NCBI RefSeq assembly: GCF_009914755.1
Contig: NC_060937.1
DNA length: 64,000 nucleotides
Strand: one strand, 5' to 3'
Origin: the human T2T-CHM13v2.0 reference genome, Homo sapiens
Shown: piece by piece, positions 30,770 to 43,589 of the stretch
Layout: every line of letters begins with the position of its first letter
Position numbering within the stretch: the first letter of the stretch is position 1
The notes under the pieces: generated by a model
Seen by the model: the letters and a program-made list of their open reading frames with translations, nothing else
Told to the model about the DNA's origin: nothing
Databases searched by the model: none
Position numbers and translations under genes: made by a program

Positions 30770-31410
30770 ACTAATTGCAATAACAGTTAGCACCTACATA
30801 CTGATCACCGTCAGTTACTGGTTGATATAATTTGGTCTGTGTCCCTAGCCATATATCATGTCAAATTGTAATCCCCAATGTTGGAGGTGGGGCCTGGTTG
30901 GAGGTGATTGGATCATAGGGGCAGATTTCCCCTTTGGTGCTGTTCTCATGGTAGTGAGTGAGTTATCCCAAAATCTGGTTGTTTAAAAGTGTTTTGCACC
31001 TCCCCCTCCTCTCTCTTCCTCCTGCTCCAGCCATATAAGACATGTCTGCTTCCCCTTTGCCTTCCACTATGATTGTACGTTTCATGAGTCCTCCCCAGCC
31101 TTGCCTCCTGTATAGCCTGAGGAATCATGAGCCAGATAAACTTCTTTTCTTTATAAATTACCCAGTCACAAGTAGCTTTTTATAGCAGTGTGAGAATGGA
31201 GTATTACACTGGTGTTAGCACCTTACCTGCATTAACACCTTTAATCTTCATAACAACTCTTTGAGGTATGTACACATAGTATCACTATTTTTCAGATTAT
31301 AAAATTAAGGCATAAAGAAGTTAGGTAACTTACTCTACAAGACACAGCTAGTAAGTGACAGGAGTGTCATTCTAGTCTACGTGTTCTATTGTGAAGTGTT
31401 AACCACTACT
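30770..31410 (-). mobile_element. MIR, split by an MSTA LTR
   Basis: tttaatcttcataacaactctttgaggta...attttcagattataaaattaaggcataaagaagttaggtaactt...acacagctagtaagtgacag. Confidence 0.75.
30823..31208 (+). mobile_element. MSTA-like MaLR solo LTR
   Basis: TGATATAATTTGG...GTATTACA with exact TSD CTGGT (30818-30822, 31209-31213). Confidence 0.93.
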
Positions 31411-31429
31411 TAGTATAACTTCTCAGCCT

Positions 31430-31743
31430 AGCAATCCACTTTGTTGCGATCACATAAGACCTACATGGCAAGGAAATAGAGGAATAACCAGGAAGGAACT
31501 AAAACACTCAGTTGAACAACCCATGAGGGATTGAGTCATGCCATTTATCATGTGAGTCAGTTTGGAAATGGCACTTCCCTAAGTCAAGACTTTACATGAG
31601 CCCACAGCCCAGACTGACACTTAGATTACAGACTTATGGTAGGTCCTGAAGCTTCCTGACCTATAGAAACACTAAGATAAAATTATGTGTTTTTATAGGC
31701 TACAAAGATGGGGGTAATAGTTTATGACACAATAGATAATACA
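31430..31743 (+). mobile_element. MLT1 (MLT1E-like) LTR, 3' portion
   Basis: cctacatggcaaggaa...ttcctgacctatagaaacactaagataa...ggggtaatagttt...aatagataataca. Confidence 0.65.
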
Positions 31744-31749
31744 CAAATC

Positions 31750-33993
31750 AACCTTGATATTACATGGAGGTAAATGCACAAGGCTGTGAAAAACAGAGGT
31801 AGAAATATTCAGGGTCATCTTAAAAGTTGACTGCCACAGTCCACCCTCTGTCCCCTAATCATTAATATCACTCATATGCAAAATAAGTTCACTTTCTCTC
31901 AGAGACTCCAAAAACCTCCAAGGCCTCCACTATAGGATCAGCTCAAAATTCACGATCTTTTTATCTAAATTAGATCCAGGTAGAGATGAGGCTATTTGAG
32001 TGGAGTTTCACTAGGTATAGTTGTATAAGTATTCTCTCTTTACTTAATAAACTACCGAGACAAGTTATCTAACCTCAATACATCCAACATACAAGGAAAA
32101 GACCGGAATAGGACAGCTAATTAAAGGTTTCTGCTCATAAAAGAGGAAACGAGGTGCATAAAGGAGTCACTAACCCATTGCAATTTTGAAATTCAATGGA
32201 ATAAATGTTGGGATTATCTTGATTGTGTTCTAAATCCTGTGAAAAACTCCCCATGATTCTGCCTTCTCTGGGCTTTTAGTATTGTTTGATTCATCCATCT
32301 TTTTTCATAAAAGGGAGCATGTGTTTGTAACTGAGTAATTTTCTCACCAGCTGCCTGCTTATAGAATTTTGGGAATCCAAATTCCTTTTTAAAATTTTGT
32401 ACTGCTTCTTCCATTTCAGTCTAAGCTTATGATATTTCTGTGAAAAAAATATGTATTTATGTATATTATTCTCCTGAAAATCTTATTACAATTCACTCCA
32501 TTAGACAGGATTTCCCAACTTCAGCACTATTGGTGTTTAGGTTTTGAGCTGAATATTTTTTGATGTATGTGTGCATTTTTTGTAAACACATTACAAAGTG
32601 TTTGGCAGCATCTGTGGTCTCTGCCCTTTAGATAATAGTAGCACCTCCCCAAATTGTGATAACCCAAAATGTTTCTAGACATTGCCAAATGTCACCTCTG
32701 GTTGAGGAAGCAGAAGCTCCCCTAGTTAAAAATTATTTCCACTAGGCTACAATTCTTCAGCATAATCCCTTTTGTACATTGAGACCTTGAGCTCCTTCTA
32801 AGGTGGTTGAGGGACCATGTCCTTAAACTGCTTATGAGCTCTACTGTTGTTTGATAGAATCTCTGAGGTGTACTCCTAATCTTTTCAGGCCGTTTATCTG
32901 ACTGAATGCTTCTTTAGTTCTTTAGTGGTCTAAAGAAAGATTTTAGAGTCACACCGTTGACACAATCTTGGCTTCTGTTTTCCTGGCCATTCCCTGGATG
33001 CGATCCTTGCTTGGAAGCTATTCTTAATGTTAGCATCGTTTGCCACCTGGGAATGCTGAGAATTTTCCAAACTGTTAATCATGACTCTCTTATTTTTATT
33101 AGCTCTTCCTTAGTGTAGCTCTATTTTCTTGCACTTTTTTATAAACAGCAAGAAGAAACCGGGGAGCATGGTCAGTTCAATACTTTGGTTGGCATTCTTA
33201 TTATCTACATCACCCAGTTCATTTGAGACATTTTCTACTTTTCACATAATTTCAGGAAACAGTGTTGCTAAACTTAATTATGTTACATAGAAAAGCTTAT
33301 CCTTCCCTCAATTTACTGTAGTATTTACCTTATTTACTAGACGCCCTCACTCACAGCCTTGTCAGAGTCCAGGAGGGTTCAAGTAGCAGTTTCTTCAAAT
33401 TACTTTCGTCTTTCACCAACCCTTGCTGCAAAGCCCTCTTTCCAGTTCCAAAACCAATCCTGTTTTTGTTATAGCAGCATACCACTTTTGGGTACCCAAG
33501 CATTCATTATTTATTGTTGCACAGCAAATTACCACAAACGTGCGGATTAAAACAACAAACATTTATTATTTTAAAAGTTCTATGTGTCAATGGCCTGAGA
33601 CCTGCTTAGCTGATTGATTCTGGCTCAGTCTTGCTTGAGGCTGCAAAGGAGACATCAGCTGTGGCTTTGGCCACCTGAAGCCTTGACAGTCTGGAGGATC
33701 CTCTTCCAAGCACACTCCCAAGGCTGTTAGCAAGATGCTCTAGTTCCTTGCAACACGGGTCTATGCATGACTGCTCATATTATGTCTCCCACTAGAGCAA
33801 AGGATGCACAAGAGAAAATGATTTCAAGACAGAAGCCGCAGTGCATTATAACCTGTTTATTGAATATACCATTACTTCTGCAGTATCCTATTCACCAAGC
33901 ACAACACTGGGACAATATGGTTGAGCATTATATAGGAAAATGGATACCAGCAGGCAGGGATCACAGGGGGTATGTTGAAGTCTGGCTACTTCA
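31750..33993 (-). mobile_element. MLT1F-like MaLR element with internal region (partial LTR 31750-31838; LTR about 33503-33993)
   Basis: Both LTR pieces end in homologous ...gggtcatcttaaaagttgactgccaca / ...ggggtatgttgaagtctggctacttca. MLT1-int motifs lie between them (ccactctt-like/ggtacc junction at about 33490). Confidence 0.7.
32506..32738 (-). mobile_element. MER20 (hAT-Charlie) DNA transposon
   Basis: tttggcagcatc...aaaatgtttctagacattgccaaatgtc. Degenerate 8-bp TSD CCATTAGA/CCACTAGG. Confidence 0.88.
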
Positions 33994-34379
33994 TTAGTAC
34001 AGGGGAAAATGATTCAGACCCTAGAGGCTACCACATTATAACTATTAAATAAATATTGACTGAATAAATCCTTGATGACAAAACTGCCAGTGAGAATTTC
34101 ATTTCCTTTTGAGTTTTATTAATACTGTTAGATAAAACACCTTTAAATGATATTTCTTAGTATCTTTCACTGGATGATGACTTATCCTTAGTAAATATTA
34201 AAATAGTAATCATAATAAATTTGTGAAGCATGATTTCTACTAAATTTGTTTTTTGTGACCTAGTTACTATCAATTATAACTTATCTGATTTATGTTTATT
34301 TATATGTATTTGTTTTATACCTTCAAATATTTTAAAAATTTTCAAGGCAGATTCCCCATTTGTGTGATTCTTTATTCAT

Positions 34380-34900
34380 CTATATATACATCCAAAATAG
34401 TTGATATCAGGATCTCGAAGAAATACCCGCACTCTTATGTTAATTGCAGCATTAATCACAATAGCTAAGATATAGAAACAACCTCCACTTTCATTAATGA
34501 ATGAATGCATAAAAATGTGTAAATATACAATTAAATATTATTCAACTTTTAAAAAGAAGGAAATCTTGCCATATGAAACAACATAAATGAATCTGCAGGA
34601 TGTTACACTAAGTTAAGTCAGTCACAAGAGAGCAGATACTGCATGATTCCACTTTTATGAGCATCTAAAATACTCAAACTTATAGAAAAAGAGAGTAGAA
34701 CTGTGGTTTGTAGGGATGACAGCAGGGAGACCCAGGAAGTTGTTCAACAGGTACAAAGTTTTAAGCATGCAAGTTTTAATCATGCCAGAGATCTGCAGTA
34801 CAACACGGTGCCTATAGTTGACAATACTGTATTGTGCACTGAAACGAATTTGTGAAGAGAGTAGATTTTAAGTTGTGTTCTTATTGTAGTAAGAATAAAT
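34380..34900 (+). mobile_element. L1MA10/L1MB-like 3' end
   Basis: ttgcagcattaatcacaatagctaaga...aaaaagaaggaaatcttgcc...gtgcctatagttgacaatactgtattgt. Confidence 0.85.
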
Positions 34901-37900
34901 ATGAAGAGAAAGTATGTGGACACAGAATATATGACAAATCTAGATTTGTCATAATTCTAGAATCAGATCCTAGAATCTGAAAATATGTGTGTGTATGTGT
35001 TTGTTTTCTGCAGTAGGAAAATATTTGCCTGAATTTTTTTAAGAAGCAAACTCTGTAAAGGGTTCACATAATGTGAGGATATTAAATATGCTTGCATAAA
35101 CAACCCCAGGATTCTTATTTAAATATATCTATACAAAATAAACATAAATCTAGTTAAATTAATAACTTTGGAAAGAAGATAAAAAATTCTTACTCCCCAA
35201 ATCAACAAAATTTAGACAAGAAATTCTTTTAAAAACCCAAAGACATTGGACTCTAGTGCTGATGATGCATCACAAAAGGATGAATAACAAAAAAATATAT
35301 TTATGTAAGATATTTTACTGATTTTTGAATGAAATTTCATTATTTCCACCAGTTAACACATTTATACATTTGTGGTAAAATTGTGACTTAACGCTTTTTA
35401 TCAATTGCTGCATTGATCATAAAGTGTTGCCCATTTTTATTCAAAGATAGCTATACTAAACCCTAAGTAGGATCAAATAAAAACCAGACAAGCTTGAAGG
35501 TGGAGGGAACAGAATTCTCTCTAACACAGGACCAAGAAAATTAGATTCAAGTTAATGGACCGAGAAAACACTTACTAAAAGTAAAATGGTATTGAGATGC
35601 TGTCTCAAAGAAATTAGTCAGATTATTCAGGGTACCCATTATTTTGGGTTAGGAACTCTATATTTTAACTATGTTTCCCTTACTTACTTCTAGAGTAAAA
35701 TCTAGTTTTATTGTGGCCAGTTGTTATGTGTATAAAATTTGGGTTAAAATGATACATTTTAAATTATATTAGGCTAATACACAATACTGAACGAAGATTT
35801 ATTTCTATAATAAAATGAAAATACACACAAACTCATAGATAATTATATCTTAAAATGTGTCAATTATAAACAAGAATCTTCCATTTTATTGTTAACCAAG
35901 TAAACTGAATTCTACGTCCCCATATATGAGAAGGCAGAACATATCTGTATCTTTTCCTATCAGTGTACTGAATCTTGAAGCCATAATTCAATAGAAAGGG
36001 AGATAAAAATCAATGGTGCAGGTATGTGCCAAGATAGTATAACTACTGAGAAATGGAAAAAAATGTGAACTTTTTCTATTACTTGTAAATAGTGTCCACT
36101 TATTACATTTTTTGACAATTTTTCCCAAATATAATATTTTGAATATGCTTCTTAATTCAAAAAAGCATTTTTTGGGGGAGGTGATGTATTTTGTATTATC
36201 CACAATAGTTTTTCTATTGAATATTATTTAACCAATTCATGAGAAGTAAAAGAAATGACTTAGAGAAATGATGAAGTACACTTTTGTTCTGTAAAATTAA
36301 ATCTGTTTGAATAAAATCATGTTAATTAATCCACTCTCTTCACCTAGTAAATTTAAACAAATGACTAAGCCAGTCTAACACATAACTCATTGTACTGCAT
36401 AAGATAATAATTAAATAAGCAAAGAGCATCATTTGGTACTGATCATGGATAATTTACAGTGCAGAATATATAGAGCAATAGTTGTACTCGCCCTCTTCAT
36501 GACAATGTCAGTGACTCGCAAATGACAATTCAACAGCTCTGCAGAAGCTAATTCATGAGGAGCAGCAGCAATGTACTTATAAGAGCTTGCTCTTTTAAGA
36601 GAATGAATTAAATGGCAATGCCTGTGATTATATCATAATGATTAACTTAAGTGAATATAATGAAGCGTGTAGTGAATTCCTAATATCCTTTTCAGAGAGA
36701 GTGGTTATCCTAGTCTACCTTAATCTCGGTTATGTTCGAAGTGTATTCTACTAAAAATGTGTGGTTTCAGGGATCAAAACTCTCAGGCATCATGTGGCAC
36801 AAACATGAAAAGTGTAAGATAAATGTTTGCTGGCATATTCATTAAGGTTTCCAAAGTAGACAGTTTTCTTATTCTCCGGCAGTTTTTTTCTCCACATTTC
36901 ATCTTATTGAATCATCTTTCTTGTACAAAGGCACATTTATTATACACATGAATTGAATAGACATGGCACTTCTTAGCTCCTTATTTCAGCTGTTACCATG
37001 ACTGACAGCTCTCTGCCTGGCTAATTTGGTGAGACCAGTCAATACCACTGTGAAGGTTTTAAAGGAAAAAACTTGTCAGTGGGATCGCAACCTGCCTCCC
37101 TGCTGTGAAGAGACAATGCTTTAACATCACAATAACTCACCCCAAAATATACAGTACCCCTGAGGTTTATGTTGCTATTAAATTTCTAAAATAGCAAATA
37201 TTTTGAATTGTACATAAATATATAAGCTTTAATGCTTAATAAAATATTAAGAGTGAATTTAATGACATTCAGAGCATGTAAAACAATGAAAGTTTTTCTT
37301 TCATTCCTACTCTTTCATTTTTAGCAGCTGTTATTGACTGGTGAGGCGCAGCTTTCCACTGCTACAGGCTTGGCCATAGTTTTCATCAGTTGGGAAATTA
37401 ATTGCTGCTTATTCCTAGTTTTATCAACAGAAATTGGACTCAAAAGGATTTTTTAAATTATTTTTAGGTCTTCTTTCTTTATTTTTCATATTTACTTTTA
37501 CTGAGTGTTGACCTATTTTTTCTACAAACAAGACCAACAAGTGAAAATGCAGTCCTAGCTGTAGACTGGGATTTTAATTCTAGGAAGTGAATTTTAATTC
37601 TGGGAAAGTAAGCTGCATAAATGGTTTGTTTTTTAAAAGCATAATGTTTTTAAAAACATTAAATGCATCGATAGATGACATTCATACTTCAATTTTGTCT
37701 CCAGATTTTCATTTCATCTGATCCTGAAATCACTGCAGTGTCTTATAGGAGCTGCAACCAGCCACATTTCAGAATTACAGTATCATATTCATTACATAAT
37801 CTATTCAAATTTTACTTTTAACTGCTGCTGAGGAATGTAGAGGCTAATAGCTCTAACCAAGTATCTACTTTGAATAGGCAGATAATTTAGATGGGAATTA

Positions 37901-38560
37901 AAGAAAGGTTTACTTTTTTATCACATTTTGAGAACATTCATTATTTTATTATTATGAAATGGGTTCTCTTATAAGAAACAAATACAATTATAATACACTA
38001 CCTATGCATGGGTAGAAATATTAACCACTACAAAAAGTTATAGAGTAAAGCCCTTGACTCTTCATTCTAGGGTTTACAATAGATATAATTCTTGTATATC
38101 TTTATAAAATACACAGATACACATATATGCACGAGTTATTTCAAAAATGCACATTTTAATTTATTGTGCACACTCATATGTACATGAATATCTTACTTAG
38201 CATTTTCCTGCAGACCATTTCGTGGCAGTACAAAAAGAGCTAACTATTTAGTAAATATAAAATGTTATCCATATGTGATCGAAGTGTTAAGTTCATTTAT
38301 ATTTAACGTAATTAATGATATGGTAGAATTTACCTCTGCCATTATGTTCTTTGTTTTGTATATGAGTTATGCCATTTATTTCCTATCTTCCTCCAAAACA
38401 GTCTTCTTTTGTGTTAAATAGGTATTTCTTGTATATTTTTATTACACTTGTTTAATATTTTGGAGTTATTTCTTGGTGGGTATTAAAATCAAAATTCTAA
38501 TTTAAAACAATCCATTTCAGATGTATACCAACCTTATTTCAATAATATACAAAAACTTAG

Positions 38561-38860
38561 GGCCAGGTATGGTGGCTCATGCCTGTAATCTCAACACTTT
38601 GGGTGGCTGAAGGGAGCATATGACTTGAGCTCATGAGTTCAAGACCATCCTGGGCAACATGGTGAAACCTCATCTTTACAAAAAAAAAAAAAAACAACAA
38701 CACAAAAATTAGCCTGGCATGGTGACATGCACCTATAGTCCCATCTACTCTGGAGGCTGAAGAAGGAGGATGGCTTGAGCCTGGGAGGCAGAGTTTGCAG
38801 TCAGCTGAGATTGTGTCACTGCACACCAACCTGGGCAATAGAGCCAGACCTTGTCTCAAA
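38561..38860 (+). mobile_element. Alu (AluJ), tail absent
   Basis: Dimer with J features (ggaggatggcttgagcctggg) and an expanded middle A tract. Ends ctcaaa with no TSD. Confidence 0.92.
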
Positions 38861-39272
38861 ATTTTTTTTATTCTAGTATTTACTTCTGTAGTTACTTGTA
38901 TTGGTGCTCTGTATCTTTTTGTGTGTATTCAAGTTACTAATGTCCTTACAGTTTACCCTGAAAGACTCCTTTTGTTGTTTTCTATAGGGCAACTTTGCAA
39001 ACAGCAAATTCCCTCAGTTTAGTTTATCTGAGAATATGTATGTTTTGTCTTCATTTGGGAAATATAATTCTGCTTCATAGAAGACTCTCTGTTGACCTTT
39101 TTCTTCTTTCAGCAATTTAAGTTTACATGTAAATTTAAGGGTGATTTTTGGATGAGATTAACATTTAAATCTGGAAATTTTGGGTAAAGAAGGCTACTTT
39201 CAATAAGGTGGGTAGACTGCCTCACCCAATCAATTGAAGCCTTGAAGAGAATTCAAAGAAAACTTCCCCAAC

Positions 39273-41543
39273 TGATATGGTTTGACTCTGTCCCCACCCA
39301 AATCTCATCTTGAATTGTAGCTCCCATAATCCCCACATGTTATGGAAGGGACCCAGTGGGAGTTAATTGAATCATGGGCGTGGTTTCCCTCATGCTGTGC
39401 TCGTGATAATGAGTTCTCATGAGATATGATGGCTTAATAAGGGACTTTTCTCCCTTTTGCTTGACACTTCTCTCTTGCCTGCCACCATGTAAGATGTGCC
39501 GTTGCTCCTCCTTTGCCTTCTGCCACGATTGTGAGGCCTCCCCAGCCATGTGAAACTGTGAGTCCATTAAACATATTTTTCTTTATAAATTACCCAGTCT
39601 TGGATATGTCTTCATTAGCAGCATGAGAACAAACTAATGCAGTAAATTGGAACCTGGTAGTGGGGAACTGCTGTAAAGATACCTGAATATGTGGAAGTAA
39701 CTTTGGAACTGGGTAATAGGCAGAAGTTGGAACACTTTGGAAGGCTCAGAAGAATTCAGGAAGATGTGGGAAAGTTTGGAGCTTCCTAAAGACTTGTTGA
39801 ATGGCTTTGACCAAAATTCTGATAGTGATATGAATAATAAGGTCCAGGCCAAGGTGGTATCAGATGAAGATGGGGAACTTGTTGGGAACTGGAGTAAAGG
39901 TCGTTCTTGCTATGCAAAGAGACTGGCAGTATTTTGCCCCTGCCCCAGAAATCTGTGGAACTTTGAACTTGAAAGAGATGTTAGGGTATCTGGGGAAAGA
40001 AACTTCTAAGCAGCAAAGTGTTCAAGAGGAAGCAGAACATAAAATTTTGAAAAATTTTCAGCCTGACAATGCAGTAGAAAAGAAAAATCCATTTTCTGGG
40101 GAGAAATTCAAGCTGGCTGAAGAAATTTGCGTAAGTAACAAGAAGCCAGATGCTAATCATCAAGACAATGGGGCAAATGTCTCCAGGGCATGCCAGAGAC
40201 CTTCACAGCAGCCCCTCCCATTACAGACCCAGAGGCCTAGGAGGAAAAAATGGTTTCCTGGGCTGGGACCAGGGAAGCCCTGCTGTGTGCAACCTTAGGC
40301 TTGGTGTCCTGCATCCCAGTTACTCTAGCTCTGGCTAAAAGAGGCCAAAGTACAGCTCAGGTCAAAGCTTCAGAAGGTATAAGCCCCAAGCCTTGGCAGC
40401 TTCCATGTAGTGTTGAGCCTGTGGGTGTGCAGAAGTCAAGAATTGAGGTTTGGGAACTTCTGCCTAGATTTCAGAGGATGTATGGAAACACCTAGAAGTC
40501 CAGGCAGAAGTTTGCTTTAGGGGTGTAGCTCTCATGGAGAACCTCTGCTAAGGCAGTTTGGAAAGGAAATGTGGAATGGAGCCTCCACAAACAGTCCCCA
40601 CTGGAGCATTGAGTAATGGAGCTATGAGAAGAGGCCTACCATCCTCCAGATGCTAGAATGGTAGATCCACCAACAGCTTGCACCACACACCTGGAAAAGC
40701 TACAGACACTCAATGCCAACTGTGAAAGCAGCTAGGATTGGGGCTGTATCCTTCAAACTCATGGACGTGGAGCTGCCTAAGACCATGGGAACCCACCTCT
40801 TGCATCAGCATGACCTTGATGTGAGACATGGGGTCAAAGGAGATCATTTTGGAGCCTTAAGATTTGACTGCCCCACTGGATTTTGGACTTAACATGGGGC
40901 CTGTAGCCCCTCTGTTTTGGTCAATTTCTCCCATTTGGCATGGGTGTATTTACTCAATGCCTGTACCTTCATTGTATCTGGAAAGTAATTAACTTGCTTT
41001 TGATTTTACTGGCTCATAGGAAGAAAAGACTTGCCTTGTCTCAGATAAGACTTTGGTCTTGGACCTTTGGGTTAATGCTGGAGTGAGTTAAGATTTTAGG
41101 GGATTACTGGAAGGGCATGATTGTATTTTGAAATGTGAGGGCATGAGATTTGGGAGGGGCCAAGGAAAACATGATATACTTTGGCTGTGTCCCTACCCAA
41201 ATCTCATTTGAATTGTAGTTCCCATAATTCCCACGTGTCATGGGAGGGATCTGGTGGGAGGTAGTTGAATCATGGTGCACTTGCCTCCATGCTTTTCTCA
41301 TAATAATGAGTGAGTTCTCATGAGATCTAATGGTTTTATAAGGGGATTTCCCCCTTTTTGCTTGGCACTTCTCTCTTGCCTGCCATCATGTAAGATGTGC
41401 CTTTGCTCCTCCTTCACCTTCTGCTATGATTGTGAGGCCTCCTTAGCCATGTGGAACTGTGAGTCCATAAAACCTCTTTTTTAAAAATAAATTATGCAGT
41501 CTCAGGTATGCCTTTATTAGCGGCATGAGAACAGAAAAATACA
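39273..41543 (+). mobile_element. Full THE1 (THE1C/D-like): LTR 39273-39641, internal, LTR 41172-41543, inserted in the ERVL 5' LTR
   Basis: Two THE1 LTRs. THE1-int ORF remnants (MWESLELPKDLLNGFDQN). Degenerate TSD CCAAC/CTAAG. Confidence 0.94.
39364..39374 (+). promoter_or_regulatory. DUX4-type motif TAATTGAATCA in THE1 5' LTR
   Basis: Exact match to TAAYBBAATCA at the canonical MaLR position. Binding is not demonstrated. Confidence 0.5.
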
Positions 41544-41869
41544 CTAAGTAAGAGAAAAATTATTCAGTAGACTGCTCTTTGGAGTAGTCCTTGCTCCTAG
41601 TTTTTCTAGAAAAAATGGAGAGAAAGAGAAGAATAAGCTCAGAGACTTGAATTCCCAGCTCCATCTGCACCATCAGTTTTCTTGGGTGGGTTTCAAGCCT
41701 TCCAGCCCATACTGAAGATTTTGGACTTTTCAGCCTTCATAATTGTGTGAGCCAATTCTTTATAACAAAGTTATATTGTTTCTTTGTAGAACTATGGCTA
41801 ATATAGATGAATTCAGGTACTAAAAGTTGTTCTGTAGGAACAGAATCTTAATGATGAATTTTCTAAATT

Positions 41870-43350
41870 ACTTCAGAGGTTTCTGAATTTGGCTTTTTAA
41901 TTTGATTGTATTTAAAGACCCAATAACCCTACTTCCAGTAGTAAAGAGTACAGATAGCTAAGGGTGTAATCTGGCCACAGAAATACATGAATATTACCAT
42001 TGGATACCCCTAATTAAACACTTATCTAAAACAAGGATCTGAGCAACCATGTACATGAAACTTTCAAATATTTTTGTCTGAATAACTAGTATAATTAGAT
42101 AGGCTCTTTGCTCCTAATTTCCCTAGACAAAATATATATAGAGAAGAATTAGTTCAGAGACTTGAATTCCCAGCTTAAGCACCATACAAAGATACAATCT
42201 TCTATATTGGCCCTAAAAGAAACCCATATCTCTTGTAGCCATATGACTGAGATTACTGAAAACCAAACCCAGAATATCACCTTGTGAGTGGCTGAATTAG
42301 AATGCAAATAGAAATCTCAGCCCCACAAGATGGCTACTATTAAAGTAAGGGCATGGATAGGAAGGAATGGAATCTTGAAAGTTAAAACCAGGAAATGTGG
42401 GAAGACTGTCGTGAACCCAGGGACCTTGAGTTTCTAAATTCTGATGAGTCTTCCTTGCCAGCAAAATCAGCCTCTCTACCTCTAATAAAAGTTGCCTCTC
42501 AGTCTTCTGAGTGGATTAACCCCGCATTGTCTGAGGAAACTCTAAGTGCCTCCCCTGATACAGTTGCCTTGTAAGACAATGCTGATTCTCCTTAGGTCCC
42601 ACCTTCACCATCCCTCTTTGCTTCTAGACCTAAAACTAGATTCAAGTCCTGGTAGATGCTCAAAGGTGAGGTGCAAAGTGTGACCTATGAGAAAGTGCAC
42701 TACATACCCCTCCAAAAAAACCACTTAAGTTATCTAATCAATACAGACAGAAATCCAGGGAATATATGAGTGTGACATAATAGAATATAAAATTGGATCA
42801 GGCCAAATTCATGGATATGGGCCTACTAAGTAGAAAATCTACATTTAATGTTGTGGCTTGAGAAGTTAGAAACAACTCTTAACAGTATGCTTCATTGGTT
42901 GGCTGAAACATGTACCATAAAGTGACACAGAATGAGAGAGCTAGAAATGCCAGATATGCCTGGGTTTACTATAGATGAAAAGATTCAAAGGCTTAGGGAT
43001 ATTGGAATGGTAGAGTGGATTTGCCATTTAAGACCTACTCACTCAAGCTGAGAGGTCTAGAAGACACACATTTCACCACCATTGCAAGAAATACATATGT
43101 AAGGGGAGCCCCAGCATCCTTTAAGTGCTCGGTGGTCTTTCTTTCCTGTAGAACAGAACTTACAGTGGGAACTGTAGTCACTGAATTGGGAAGCTTAAAT
43201 GCATTGAGGATAATTAGATCCCAGGGTAAGGGAGGCCATGTGGCAACACTCAGCTGCCAAAGGCAAGATGGGCACAGTCACCATAATGAACAGCAGAGTC
43301 AAAGCAGTAATCAAAATAATTTGCACCGACCTGCAGTGTTAGCTTGTTGA
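41870..43350 (+). pseudogene. ERVL gag remnant
   Basis: Lies between the leader and protease. EDTHFTTIARNTYVRGAPASFK..V resembles ERVL gag. Multiple stops and frameshifts. Confidence 0.7.
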
Positions 43351-43589
43351 TTATTGTGTTACCAAAAGTAAAGTAGATGGAAAGCCTATTAAATTCTTAT
43401 CTGATCTGTACAAGCAGAAACTTACTAGGTTAAGTGAACAAAAGCCTAACCAGAATCATAAAGACAGAGTGTTACTACCTCTCAATCAATTCCAAAACTT
43501 GAGCTAGTTTACAGACCCAGAATCTCTTGAATAAAGTGGCAGCTGGGTCCCTTTGAGAAAGGATTCTGGTACACTGTCAAAAATTTATA

